Notes: generated by a model not told the origin, from the letters alone. A stretch of DNA of 64,000 nt from an uncultured Acidobacteriaceae bacterium (GCA_963707205.1 CAVPQE010000035.1:8164-72163); one strand, 5' to 3'; numbered from the stretch's first letter, positions 20,627 through 30,400 are shown. A program made the numbers and translations.

Positions 20627-21754
20627 TCACGCTGCTGCACGACGTGCCTTATCTTCCGGCGTTTCGATATCCTCCAGTTCCTGCTTGCGATGCAGAAAAA
20701 CATAGGCCGCGAGAAGCGACAATATCAACAATGCGAGGATCATCACCAGCAGAGCGAAAGCGGTCATGTTGCGAACCGGACCGGTGACCTCTCTGGCTTC
20801 CTGGCTGGCCAGTACAATCCAAGGCAGATTCGGATAGGCCTCCTTCAAACCTGTATCAGCGAAACCGATGAGGTATGACTCGCCATTCGAAAGCGTGGCG
20901 AAGATGTAGCCGGCTTCGCGGCCTCGCAAGCTTCCGAGGGCGTCACGAATGGCCGTGTACTCTTCCGACTTGACCTTCATCGAAGGAGTGACCCCCGGCG
21001 CCTCAATCACGGTCCCGTTCTCCCGCACCAGGAACAATCGACCGGTGCGGCCGATCTGCTGGCGGTTGAGTTGAGCAAACAGCGGCGAGACGTCGACCGT
21101 AGCCGTCACGGCACCGACAAATCTCCCGGTTCCCTCTTGCAGGACGGGGTAGGCGATGCTGATGTAGTAAAGATGGCTCTGATCGTCATAGCGCAGATCC
21201 GACACGTTGATTGCACCACTCCCCCCGGAGGACAGCACGCGCCAGGATTCCCGGTCCGTCTGAGAGTAATGTGCCGGTCGATCGGTCGCAGCAACGGTCG
21301 CTCCCGCGACATCAGCGATCGTGATCTTCAGCAGCGTGGGATTGAGCTCACGCACACGCCGTAACTGGTGGGCCAAGTCAGAGGTGAGGATCTTCGCGGA
21401 CAATCCATCCGTGTCCGAACGTTCCCAAGCTTGGTCAATGGCATCAATCTTAGCCCGAACCGCTTCCTCCGAAAGGCGCTCATATTGGCGGTTCGCCGAG
21501 GTAACGGCATCTACCGGACCGGGGGTGTTGGCGATCACACTGACATCCCTCACACATCTGGCAATGAATTCAGACGTCGATTCTGCCGCGGTGAATGTGA
21601 GCGAGCGAAAGTTCTCACCGTTCGCCTGCCGTATGTGACTGTCTCCTTGCATTGCCACGTAGAAGCCAAAAACGGTGAGAGGAACAAGAATCAAAATGAG
21701 CCCGACGAGCAATTTCTGAAGAGATGTACGGAATTCCAAGCTATCGAGAGGCAT
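20627..21754 (-). CDS. membrane-anchored Cache-like sensor domain protein without output domain
   Basis: 375 aa. N-terminal TM, ~290-aa periplasmic Cache-like region, second TM, then only ~25 cytoplasmic residues. Confidence 0.65.
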   Translation of the reverse strand: MPLDSLEFRTSLQKLLVGLILILVPLTVFGFYVAMQGDSHIRQANGENFRSLTFTAAESTSEFIARCVRDVSVIANTPGPVDAVTSANRQYERLSEEAVRAKIDAIDQAWERSDTDGLSAKILTSDLAHQLRRVRELNPTLLKITIADVAGATVAATDRPAHYSQTDRESWRVLSSGGSGAINVSDLRYDDQSHLYYISIAYPVLQEGTGRFVGAVTATVDVSPLFAQLNRQQIGRTGRLFLVRENGTVIEAPGVTPSMKVKSEEYTAIRDALGSLRGREAGYIFATLSNGESYLIGFADTGLKEAYPNLPWIVLASQEAREVTGPVRNMTAFALLVMILALLILSLLAAYVFLHRKQELEDIETPEDKARRAAA

Positions 21755-22177
21755 GGGATTACCTCCTCTTCTTGCCGTGAAGGACGATCACGGCGCGATG
21801 GCGCCCAAGGAGGGAGCCGGTGCATAAACAGAAGAATATTAACGAGCAGGATAAAGCTACTTCTCCAGGGTCTCCCCGTCTGTGACGGGCCGCACAGCGC
21901 TCCGTGCGTCTGTCCGTGTCCGGGTTGGAACGGTGGAACGGTGGAATCCTGCCACAGCACCTACTGACGGTGCGGCAGGCGGGTCGACATTCTCTCCATC
22001 GTGCGCTGGGACTGGTCCGTCCTGGCCTACGGATACTGACGGGCCTTCAGACGATCAACGTCGCAAATAGAATCGAACTCGGTGCTTGGTGTCACAGACA
22101 GCGATCTGCCAGGTGCGCAAACATGAAAGTGGCAGGATCGATGCGGAAAACACCCAACTTCGACCCAGGGGGTACAT

Positions 22178-22510
22178 ATGAGGAAAATCATCCTCTGCAC
22201 TCTGCTGGTCCTCTTCCTCTCGTCTGGGTCAGTAGAAGGTTTGGCACAGGAGAAGTCCTACATCACGGTAGAAGGAAATAAGGTTAGCAACGGCGTGGTG
22301 GTCGTGGACATCTTGAAAGCAGGCAAGACTTTCGCGCTGCAGTGCAACCAGGGGGCACCTGACTGTGCGGCCCTGAACAACGGTAAATATCAGATGGTTG
22401 AACTTCCTGAGAATCTCGGAATGTACGATTGTAAAGATGTCGAAGTTTATCCGGAGCAGACTAACAGTCCACAGAACAAACTCGGAGAGTACTGCCTGAT
22501 AGAAAAGTAA
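22178..22510 (+). CDS. small secreted protein
   Basis: 110 aa. Clear signal peptide MRKIILCTLLVLFLSSGSVEGLA. GGGGG/GGTA-type RBS region upstream. Confidence 0.6.
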   Translation: MRKIILCTLLVLFLSSGSVEGLAQEKSYITVEGNKVSNGVVVVDILKAGKTFALQCNQGAPDCAALNNGKYQMVELPENLGMYDCKDVEVYPEQTNSPQNKLGEYCLIEK

Positions 22511-22738
22511 AAGTAATGAGCAGGCAGCGATTAAGGCTGGGGCCGTACTGCCGTTACGCGGCGATGTGTTTGAGAACACGAGAGCTTGGTTTCTCCGAAG
22601 CTATGTTCTTCATGCGGTTTCGACCGGAGCACGACGCTACTCCCTTTCAAACCTGCCACGGCAGGGGAAACGGCAGCAGGGGCGATGATACTCCAAGGGG
22701 AGGCCCCCTGTGCTTTCTTTTGAAACCGGAGGCTGGCC

Positions 22739-22991
22739 ATGGGGAAATGTGACCCTCAAAATCCGAATCCCAGAGAATGGAGAGTCCTCTATCGGAAAAC
22801 GATTCTCGAGACAAGCAGGTCCACAATTGCGAAGGAACTCTCTGACGCGGAGAACGCGATCGTTGGTCGCAGGCGTCACCTCTTTCAGGACAGCGGAGCT
22901 GAAGTTGAACAAGAGAGAGGCTCTGAATGACGCCTTGTATGCTGTGGAAGCGCTCAGAATCGCCCTGGAGCTGAAGACCCGTGCGGCCTGA
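22739..22991 (+). pseudogene. small conserved-looking protein split by a +1 frameshift in a GA repeat
   Basis: Frame A ends ...HLFQDSGAEVEQERGSE*. Frame B continues ...REALNDALYAVEALRIALELKTRAA*. The junction lies in GAGAGAG at 22913..22919. Length minus 1 nt gives 84 codons. Confidence 0.4.
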
Positions 22992-23092
22992 GATACTTAC
23001 GCTCCGAGTGGGTGGGCCCTGAAAGCCGTCGCCGAGACATTCGACTCCCAAGAAGAGCAATGCCACGTCACTGACTCTGAGCCTTGCGCAGA

Positions 23093-23947
23093 TTATTCCT
23101 TTAGATCCACGTGCTGCACGTCTTCAATCGTATGCCCCAGAAATCGCTCGCCCAGCCGGCGAAACTTCTCCACCGAATCAGTGGCGAAGAACTTGAGTCG
23201 CGGAAGCGCGCGTCGTTCTTCGGCGTCTCCGGTCGCGGGCACCAGCTGCTGCAGGCGCGAAGCCACGGCGCGGGCGGTAGATTCAGCCGAGTCCACGACG
23301 CTCACATGTCCCGGCGTTATGCGATGCAGCAGCGGCTTAAGCAACGGATAGTGTGTGCAGCCTAAAACAAGGGTATCGGCATCGTGGAATCCGTCCGCGA
23401 AGGCCTCTGCAAGATAAATCCTTGCCACCTGCTCGGTGACGGCGTGATCCACCCATCCTTCTTCGACCAGCGGAACCAGCAGAGGACACGCCTTCTCCCG
23501 AGCGCTCAGGCCGCGAGCCTCGAGCGCTCGGCGGTAGGCGTGGCTGCTGACCGTAGCCTCCGTTCCAATCACCACAATTTTCTGATTCTTGGTAGCAGCG
23601 GCTGCGGCCTCCGCGCCCGGCTCAATCACTCCGACCACTGGGACATGAGCCGCCGACGTAATGCGATCCAGCGCCAGCGCCGTCGCTGTATTGCAGGCGA
23701 TCACCAGCATCTGCGCGCCATGCGATTCGAGATAGTGCGCCGCTTCCACGGCGTAGCGGGCCACGGTTTCGACCGATTTCGATCCGTAGGGCAGGCGCGC
23801 CGTATCGCCGAAGTAGGCGTAATCCGATCGCGGGATTAGCTCAAGTAAAGCTTTAAGGACAGTCAGCCCGCCAAACCCGGAGTCGAATACGCCAATGGTC
23901 GGACGACGTCGCGAACTTGGATCTCCCGCGCCGTGTTCAGCGCTCAT
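23093..23947 (-). CDS. murI: glutamate racemase
   Basis: 284 aa. GVFDSGFGGLTV, IACNTATA and LGCTHYPLL motifs. Confidence 0.9.
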   Translation of the reverse strand: MSAEHGAGDPSSRRRPTIGVFDSGFGGLTVLKALLELIPRSDYAYFGDTARLPYGSKSVETVARYAVEAAHYLESHGAQMLVIACNTATALALDRITSAAHVPVVGVIEPGAEAAAAATKNQKIVVIGTEATVSSHAYRRALEARGLSAREKACPLLVPLVEEGWVDHAVTEQVARIYLAEAFADGFHDADTLVLGCTHYPLLKPLLHRITPGHVSVVDSAESTARAVASRLQQLVPATGDAEERRALPRLKFFATDSVEKFRRLGERFLGHTIEDVQHVDLKE

Positions 23948-25208
23948 TCAGCTCTTCCCGAGTGAACTTACGACCAGGGCTCACAGTCTCTCTTAGCTTG
24001 GGAATCGGATGTTCCGCGCAGCATGGTCCCGGCGGAATCCGTGCCCCGTGCGGGCAAGTCCTCGGATGCCCGAGGAATGTGCAGATCTTGTCGGTCGCCT
24101 CCGGCGAAAGAATGTGCTCGAACTTGCAGGCCTGCTGCTCGATCTCCGATTCGCTGTCCATCGCCAGGCTGTCGGTAAAGAGCCGCTCGGCCAGCCGATG
24201 CCGGCGGATGATGCTACCCGCGCGCTCCCGCCCGCGTGGCGTGAGTTCGACAATCAGAGTGCCGTCGCCCAAAGACGCGGCCACCGGTTTCAGTGCCTCG
24301 TGGCAGGGATTCACGAACGGCTTGTGATCATGCGGCTGCGGCGGGTGGGGAGCCGAGACCACCAGCCCCATCTCGATCATCTTTTCAATGGCCAGGCTGA
24401 CCGGCAGCGCGCCGTGTACTTCCATGCGCTCGACTTCGGCGATCTCTTTATGCTCCTCCAGCACCCACAGCTCTTCCAGAACCTCGTCCAGTTGCTCCTC
24501 GTCGGCCATGGAGAACACTTCCTGCGACGCGATCTTGCCATGATGCAACTCGATCCGCCGGTCGGCCAGCCGCGCCACCACCGGATCGTGCGTGACCATC
24601 ACAATGGTGCGTCCCTGCTGATGAAATTCGCGCAGCAGCCGCAACACGATTTCCTCATTCAGTGCGTCCAGGTTCCCAGTGGGCTCGTCGGCCAGAATGA
24701 TGCGCGGATCATTAATCAGCGCGCGGGCAATGCACACCCGTTGCTGCTCCCCGCCGGACAACTGAGAAGGCAGGTGCTGAGCGCGGTCGCCCAGTCCCAC
24801 GCGGGCCAGCGCTTCGACCGCTTCTTTTTCGTCGGTCATGCTGTGGAAATACTGCGCGAGCATGACATTCTCGACGGCGGTGAGAAAGGGAATCAGGTGG
24901 AATTGCTGGAAGATGAATCCAATTTTTTCCGCGCGCACCCGGTTTAAGTTTGCGGCAGAGATCCCAGCCACATTCTGCCCGTCGAGCCAGATCTCGCCCG
25001 ACGAAGGCCGATCAAGGCAGCCAATCAGGTTCACCAGCGTCGACTTTCCCGATCCCGACGGCCCCATGATCGACAGCCATTCCCCCTGCGTGACGTGCAG
25101 CGAGATATGGTCGAGAGCATGAATGGAGCCGTTGTCTTTGCCCGCCCCTTTCCCGTTTCCCGCTTCTTTGGCGGGGTAGAGCTTGGTGACATCCTTGATC
25201 TGAATCAT
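23937..25208 (-). CDS. ABC transporter ATPase (MacB/LolD-like) fused to a DtxR/MntR-like metal-sensor domain
   Basis: 423 aa. Walker [10 protein letters not shown], signature LSGGEQQR, Walker B ILADEPT. Residues ~236-423 then carry [10 protein letters not shown]..., [25 protein letters not shown]..., [14 protein letters not shown]..., [15 protein letters not shown], typical of iron-dependent repressors. Confidence 0.85.
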   Translation of the reverse strand: MIQIKDVTKLYPAKEAGNGKGAGKDNGSIHALDHISLHVTQGEWLSIMGPSGSGKSTLVNLIGCLDRPSSGEIWLDGQNVAGISAANLNRVRAEKIGFIFQQFHLIPFLTAVENVMLAQYFHSMTDEKEAVEALARVGLGDRAQHLPSQLSGGEQQRVCIARALINDPRIILADEPTGNLDALNEEIVLRLLREFHQQGRTIVMVTHDPVVARLADRRIELHHGKIASQEVFSMADEEQLDEVLEELWVLEEHKEIAEVERMEVHGALPVSLAIEKMIEMGLVVSAPHPPQPHDHKPFVNPCHEALKPVAASLGDGTLIVELTPRGRERAGSIIRRHRLAERLFTDSLAMDSESEIEQQACKFEHILSPEATDKICTFLGHPRTCPHGARIPPGPCCAEHPIPKLRETVSPGRKFTREELNER

Positions 25209-25209
25209 T

Positions 25210-26367
25210 TCACTCTCCCCTCAGAATCACCGCCGGTTGCACTCGGCGCAGCAGCGAGATTGGGAGGATCGCCGACAACAACGTAACCGCCATGCTACCA
25301 GCCAGAACCACCGGCAGGACACTCAAACGCGGCACCACGGGAGCGTGAAAGTTAACCCTCCCGATCCACGCCGCAATGCCGATTCCGACCAGAAAACCGA
25401 TCAGCGCGCCAGTCGCCCCGAGCACAGCCGCCTCCGCGGCGAAGAATCCGTTCAGCAGCCGTCCTGACGCGCCCAGAGCCTTCATGATGGCGAAGTCGCG
25501 TCGCCGGTCGAATACCCATCCCATCAGCGTCGAAAGCACACACAGCGCCGCGGTAAGAATGATCAGCGACGCCGCGGCCAGCAGCGTCGCCCGTGTCTTG
25601 CCCAGCACGCGCGCTTCGCCCTCCATAATCTGCCGTACCGGGCGCACATCGCCAGCCGGAATCGCGTGTGCCACTTGGTTCATGATGCCGGCTATTTCTT
25701 CGGGAGAGCCGCTCGCCGCAATTTCAATCGTCGACGGTTGCACCCCGGTCCACGCCACGAAATCAGCTAGCGAGATGTAGATGCGGCTGTCTTCGGCCGC
25801 CCCCGTCTGCACCGTGCCCGCGGGACTCACGTGCAGAATCCGCCCTTGGAAGCTGAGATCGAATGTCTGACTCTTGGGCGCCACCGCCGGTCGTGCGCGC
25901 ACGCCGATCAGGGCCTGCTGCGGAGCAGACGGCCAGTTGCTCACCGACCACCAGCGATCGAGTTGACGCACCCGATCAAAGTCCGCGCCCGCCACCACAA
26001 TTGGCTGTCCGTCACTGGTGCGTGCGACCACCAGCCCAAACGGCGCCGCAATGCCGCGTCCCGCAAGAACAAAATCCACGCTCGCGAGCGCATCCGGGGA
26101 CAGGGAAGCGCCGTCCCTCCCTACCACGATAATATTCGCTCCATAGTTGCGAAACTCTCGCCGCAGCTTCGCCTGCACATCGACATAAAGATTCAGCATT
26201 GCTGTGGCCACCGCCGCCGCCACCACCATGGCGAACAGCGCCGCGGCAGCGCGTCCGCGCCGCAGCACCGCCGCTCGCACCAGCATCCGCAGGAACATCG
26301 AGGTATGCGGAGCATGTGCGCGGTTGGCGGCGAGATCTCGTGCGGAGTGTGACATGGGCGCGCTCAC
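25210..26367 (-). CDS. FtsX-domain ABC permease
   Basis: 385 aa. N-terminal TM, large periplasmic domain, three C-terminal TMs. GTGA overlap with the upstream gene (alternative ATG at 26355). Confidence 0.8.
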   Translation of the reverse strand: MSAPMSHSARDLAANRAHAPHTSMFLRMLVRAAVLRRGRAAAALFAMVVAAAVATAMLNLYVDVQAKLRREFRNYGANIIVVGRDGASLSPDALASVDFVLAGRGIAAPFGLVVARTSDGQPIVVAGADFDRVRQLDRWWSVSNWPSAPQQALIGVRARPAVAPKSQTFDLSFQGRILHVSPAGTVQTGAAEDSRIYISLADFVAWTGVQPSTIEIAASGSPEEIAGIMNQVAHAIPAGDVRPVRQIMEGEARVLGKTRATLLAAASLIILTAALCVLSTLMGWVFDRRRDFAIMKALGASGRLLNGFFAAEAAVLGATGALIGFLVGIGIAAWIGRVNFHAPVVPRLSVLPVVLAGSMAVTLLSAILPISLLRRVQPAVILRGE

Positions 26368-27629
26368 AGTTCCCCTCGCAGCGCAAACACCGGATCCAGA
26401 CCGACGGCGCGGCGAATGGCCGCAGCGCTTCCCGCGAACGTCACGATCACTGCGATCGCTAGGATCACCGGCAGCAGCACCGGTGAAATCGAAATATCCG
26501 AATTGAAGATCGAGTGCCCAATCTGGTGGGCGAGCACAGCGCCCACACCAAATCCCGCCAAGCCGCCGATCAACGCCAGCAGCGTGGCCTCCGCGAAAAA
26601 TATCGACGCGACGGCGAGTTTTCCCGCGCCCAGAGCCTTCATCAGTCCAACCTCGGCCCGGCGTTCAAAAATCGTAGTAGCCATCGCTGCCGACACAGCG
26701 AGTGCGGAGGCAAAAAGAGCGGCCAGGGTAATCAGGAATATGAGTCCTTCGATCCGCGTGAGAACCGCGCCCTCGTTTTGCGAAACCTGCCGAATCTGCT
26801 CGGCCTGCGAGTGCGGAATCGCCTCCGCCAGCTGAAACGCAATGGATTGCGGGTAAGGCGTGCAATACCAGCGGTCGTAGATCGCCCCCGACAGACTCTT
26901 GGGATCGCGACGTCCGAACGCATCTTCCGGCTTGGTCAACGCGCTAACATACACGCGCCGCACCGCGCCCGGCCTGCCTAGAATCTCCTGTGCCAGAGCA
27001 AGCGGGGCAACCACCTCATCGTCTTCAGCTCCGCCAGTGGAAAGAATTCCGCTCACCCGCACTCGGCGTCCAACCAGCGTGACTTCATCTCCCGACTTCT
27101 CACCCAACCGTGCGGCCAGCCTTTCCCCGAGTAAAACGTCCCGAGACGAATCCTCGGGCCATGCGCCAGAAACTTTCCACCACGGATGCGTGCTGCGTAC
27201 GCCGGTGGTGAACGCGTCCGTCCCGAAGGAAAGCTGCTTCGCAAAATAGGTCCCCAGCAGCGTGACATCCTGCCGCTTGCCGTTCTGTTCGATTGCCACA
27301 TTGACGGGAAGCATGGGCGCAAACCCTGTAATGTTGTTGTGCCAGAAAATCCCTTTGATTTTCGGCAGGTCCGATTCGCTGAGAAACGCCCCGTCGGTCG
27401 GAGGCTTCAGGTTGACGCCACCAATTTCCAGGTCAAGCGAATCTTCTTGTGGAGTTACAACCAGGTTGGCGCCAATGGTGCGCAGTTCGCGGTTGATCTT
27501 GTCGCCGATGTCGGTCGCCACGCCAATCATCGCCGTCGCGACAGTCACGCCCAGCGTAATCGCCGCGCCCGCCAGCAACTTGCGCCGCGTCTGGCGCCGG
27601 AAGGATTCGTAAACGAGCCGAACGAACAT
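26364..27629 (-). CDS. FtsX-domain ABC permease
   Basis: 421 aa. Same MacB-type topology. Paralogue of the downstream permease. Confidence 0.8.
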   Translation of the reverse strand: MFVRLVYESFRRQTRRKLLAGAAITLGVTVATAMIGVATDIGDKINRELRTIGANLVVTPQEDSLDLEIGGVNLKPPTDGAFLSESDLPKIKGIFWHNNITGFAPMLPVNVAIEQNGKRQDVTLLGTYFAKQLSFGTDAFTTGVRSTHPWWKVSGAWPEDSSRDVLLGERLAARLGEKSGDEVTLVGRRVRVSGILSTGGAEDDEVVAPLALAQEILGRPGAVRRVYVSALTKPEDAFGRRDPKSLSGAIYDRWYCTPYPQSIAFQLAEAIPHSQAEQIRQVSQNEGAVLTRIEGLIFLITLAALFASALAVSAAMATTIFERRAEVGLMKALGAGKLAVASIFFAEATLLALIGGLAGFGVGAVLAHQIGHSIFNSDISISPVLLPVILAIAVIVTFAGSAAAIRRAVGLDPVFALRGEL

Positions 27630-27632
27630 CGC

Positions 27633-28883
27633 TTACTGTTGTGCGAACATGCGACCGCCGGCCGCAACGTCCGCCTCCTGGATAATGACCGCGTCTGCCG
27701 TCTGCGTGGCCTTGAGCGGCACCGGATTGCAACCCCCGGCCCTGCCCACCGACTGCGGGTTAATCGGCGCGGCGCAATTCTTGCAGACCACTCCATTGGC
27801 GCTCTTGTAAAACCCGACCGATCCACAGATTTCGCAGGCGTCGAATACGGTTGCGATCTTACCGTCGGGCTTCTGATACAGCCAGAACCGGATCGCAGTC
27901 CCGTTCTCCGTCGCTTGAAAGCGATGCAGGTCGCCATCAGAAATCTGCGCCAGCGGAATACTCACCCGCCCGTTCGTAAACGTTACCTCGGTCGCTGGAG
28001 AAAGATTGCTGACGCTCTTGGCATACACAAATTCCGCCGTGATCAGGGCGATGAAGATGAACGAGAACGTGAGCACAGAAATCATCCACATGCGTTCGCG
28101 CCGGGCGCTCCACGCGGCCTTGCGGCGCTCCGCAGCCGACGCAGTGGCAAGCACGGGCTGACGCCGCTTGGCCTCGAACAGGATCATCAACGCCGCTAGC
28201 GCAAAAATGGTGACAAAGAAGAACCAGTCGTTGCTGACAATCGGGCCAATGATCGCCATCTCGCGCTTGGAAGATGCTATGACGCCGCTTTCCGAAAGCT
28301 CGTGCAGACCGGAAATCACCAACTGCGCCGCCACCAGGAACATGATCGCGGTCGTAATGCGGAAGAACTTCTGCAGGTTGATGCGCACGCTGCCCTTGAC
28401 GAACATCACGCCAAAGGCAATCGCGGCCAGCACGCCCAGCAGGGTGCCCAGAAAACTCATCAGTTCCGTGGAGTTCAAAGACACCGCGGAGAGAATCAGC
28501 ACCGTCTCCGCGCCTTCCCGCAGCACCATCAGAAAGATGAAGACGAACAGCCCAAACCAGGCGTCGTTGCCCGCCAGCAGCCCGACCTTGCCCTCGATGT
28601 CGCCCTTCATCTTGCGCCCCGTCTTCATCATGAAAATCACCATGGTGACGACGAAGAAGGCAGCCACCAGCATGATCCAGCCTTCGAACACATCTTCGTT
28701 CAGGTGAGTGCGGGAGATGACCACCGCCACGCCGATGCTGCCGAGGAAAGCTGCGATCAGCGCTGCGTACACGGTCTTGCGCAGTTCCTGCCGCCCGATC
28801 TTGGTCAGATACGCCAGGGTGATGCCGACAATGAGCGCGGCCTCAACCCCTTCGCGGAGCGTAATGATGAAAGCCTGGAGCAT
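27633..28883 (-). CDS. FTR1/EfeU-family iron permease fused to a DUF2318-like Cys-rich domain
   Basis: 416 aa. Two REGxE motifs (REGVEAAL, REGAETVL) in a 7-TM region. An extra TM is followed by CEICGSVGFYKSANGVVCKNCAAPINP, matching DUF2318-type proteins. Confidence 0.85.
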   Translation of the reverse strand: MLQAFIITLREGVEAALIVGITLAYLTKIGRQELRKTVYAALIAAFLGSIGVAVVISRTHLNEDVFEGWIMLVAAFFVVTMVIFMMKTGRKMKGDIEGKVGLLAGNDAWFGLFVFIFLMVLREGAETVLILSAVSLNSTELMSFLGTLLGVLAAIAFGVMFVKGSVRINLQKFFRITTAIMFLVAAQLVISGLHELSESGVIASSKREMAIIGPIVSNDWFFFVTIFALAALMILFEAKRRQPVLATASAAERRKAAWSARRERMWMISVLTFSFIFIALITAEFVYAKSVSNLSPATEVTFTNGRVSIPLAQISDGDLHRFQATENGTAIRFWLYQKPDGKIATVFDACEICGSVGFYKSANGVVCKNCAAPINPQSVGRAGGCNPVPLKATQTADAVIIQEADVAAGGRMFAQQ

Positions 28884-28898
28884 TTAATGATACCGTAT

Positions 28899-28917
28899 GA
28901 TTTTGAAAATGAATTTC
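28899..28917. promoter_or_regulatory. Fur-box-like AT-rich element
   Basis: GATTTTGAAAATGAATTTC matches 13 of 19 positions of GATAATGATAATCATTATC. Lies 16-34 nt upstream of the FTR1 start, in the only AT-rich patch nearby. Confidence 0.3.
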
Positions 28918-29115
28918 AATTTCAACTTCAAGGATATCTCCGCCCCGCCAAAGCCGTCAATCCGCCACCTCACAACCGCCTGTGATTAGGATCACACTGT
29001 CGGAATACCGCCCTGAAATGCTTCTGGCTGCAGGGAAGGTCTTAAACTGTCGCACGCGCTGCAGTCGGACGTAGGAAGGCCAGGGCTCTGCCAGTTGGAT
29101 TCGTTCCGAGGTAGC

Positions 29116-30216
29116 TTAGGGTTGGGGCAGGGCGTTCTTGGGAGCTTTCGCCGTCAACTTCCGGATGACAAACTCTTGCAACAGATTGGCCATGGCAGTT
29201 TCGCCAATCTCGATTGCTGCGTTTTCGAACGTCAATCCCACTCCATTGCGATCTTGCGCCGGATAGTAGAGGTTTGAAATTCCGCCCGCCGCCAAGCTCC
29301 CGAGGAGATTCGAATAGTTTGCCTGCCAGCGCCCATTGTCTCCCTTACACATCACGGAATTCGCGATCGCATACACAATCCGGGACGGCGTGCTACCGCT
29401 TCCTTTGTAAAAATACCGCGGGTCTTGTTTAAGAAGCGATGGCAGTATGGCAGATCCGATGAACGTGCCCGCAACCGTGTCGGCATAACCAGCGCCGAAT
29501 CGTTTTCCATAACCTTCCGCGCCTTGCCCATATTCTCTGAAATGATTTTGCGCCTGCTCAACTCCCGCCGCGCCTCCGACGAATACAAAGGTGAATGGAT
29601 CCACCACCGTCTTCCAGGCGAGGTTGAACTTTTGCTTCGAGTTGAGAGGAACTGCATTGGGGATGTAGCTGACATAAAAATTTGGCAGGACGCCGAGCAC
29701 GCGCTGCTTTTCTTCAATCTTGACCTCCTCTTCTGCCACGTCCGTCTGAGAGACCCCGACTTCTATCTCAGAGACATTGGTAGCCACGGCCAACGCGACC
29801 TGCGGGATAACGTCGATCTCCCCCGAGCGCAGGATTCCAGAGGATGTTTGCGATTCGAAGCCCGCCGACATAATGGTGAGCTGAAACGGTCCCGGAGCGA
29901 TGTTGGCAAAGGAAAATTGCCCATCGCCGCCTGATCGCACCTCTTGGCTTAAGGATTGATCTTCGCTAGCACGAGTGAGCTTCACCTGGGCTCCCGCGAT
30001 GACAGCTCCACTTTGATCAACGACCGTTCCGCTGATGCTTCCCGACATTGGCGGACTGGGCAGGTGCTCGTTGCTTGAGGCGGCCCCACGCTGTGCCGGA
30101 CTATCTGTTGAACCAGGCACAGGTATTTCGCGAGGGCTCTGTCCCGGGCAGAACGAAGTCCAGCTCAGAATGACCAGCGCGAAAACTATGAGTTTAGACT
30201 TGAACTGGAGGGCCAT
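29116..30216 (-). CDS. secreted protein with carboxypeptidase-regulatory-like (CarboxypepD_reg) domain
   Basis: 366 aa. Signal peptide, then SISGTVVDQSGAVIAGAQVKL...GDGQFSFANIAPGPFQLTI. C-terminal half unassigned. Confidence 0.6.
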   Translation of the reverse strand: MALQFKSKLIVFALVILSWTSFCPGQSPREIPVPGSTDSPAQRGAASSNEHLPSPPMSGSISGTVVDQSGAVIAGAQVKLTRASEDQSLSQEVRSGGDGQFSFANIAPGPFQLTIMSAGFESQTSSGILRSGEIDVIPQVALAVATNVSEIEVGVSQTDVAEEEVKIEEKQRVLGVLPNFYVSYIPNAVPLNSKQKFNLAWKTVVDPFTFVFVGGAAGVEQAQNHFREYGQGAEGYGKRFGAGYADTVAGTFIGSAILPSLLKQDPRYFYKGSGSTPSRIVYAIANSVMCKGDNGRWQANYSNLLGSLAAGGISNLYYPAQDRNGVGLTFENAAIEIGETAMANLLQEFVIRKLTAKAPKNALPQP

Positions 30217-30400
30217 GAATGAATTAACTCAATCCTCTTTTCGTACTTCATCCAAATTCAGCAAAAGGTGATCCGATCCCGACTCTTCAGCAGACTGAAG
30301 GGGTGCAGCGCATCCCCTTCGCTGCCAATCTCAGCATGGCCCCGTTCTATTGTCCGGATTCCGCTCTACGAACTTTGATGCTTGATGTAAGGCGAACACC

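Noticed and set aside
22021-22100. GAGTTCGATTCT on the minus strand resembling a tRNA T-loop
   Set aside because: The flanking sequence does not form a T-stem or acceptor stem, so no cloverleaf could be built.
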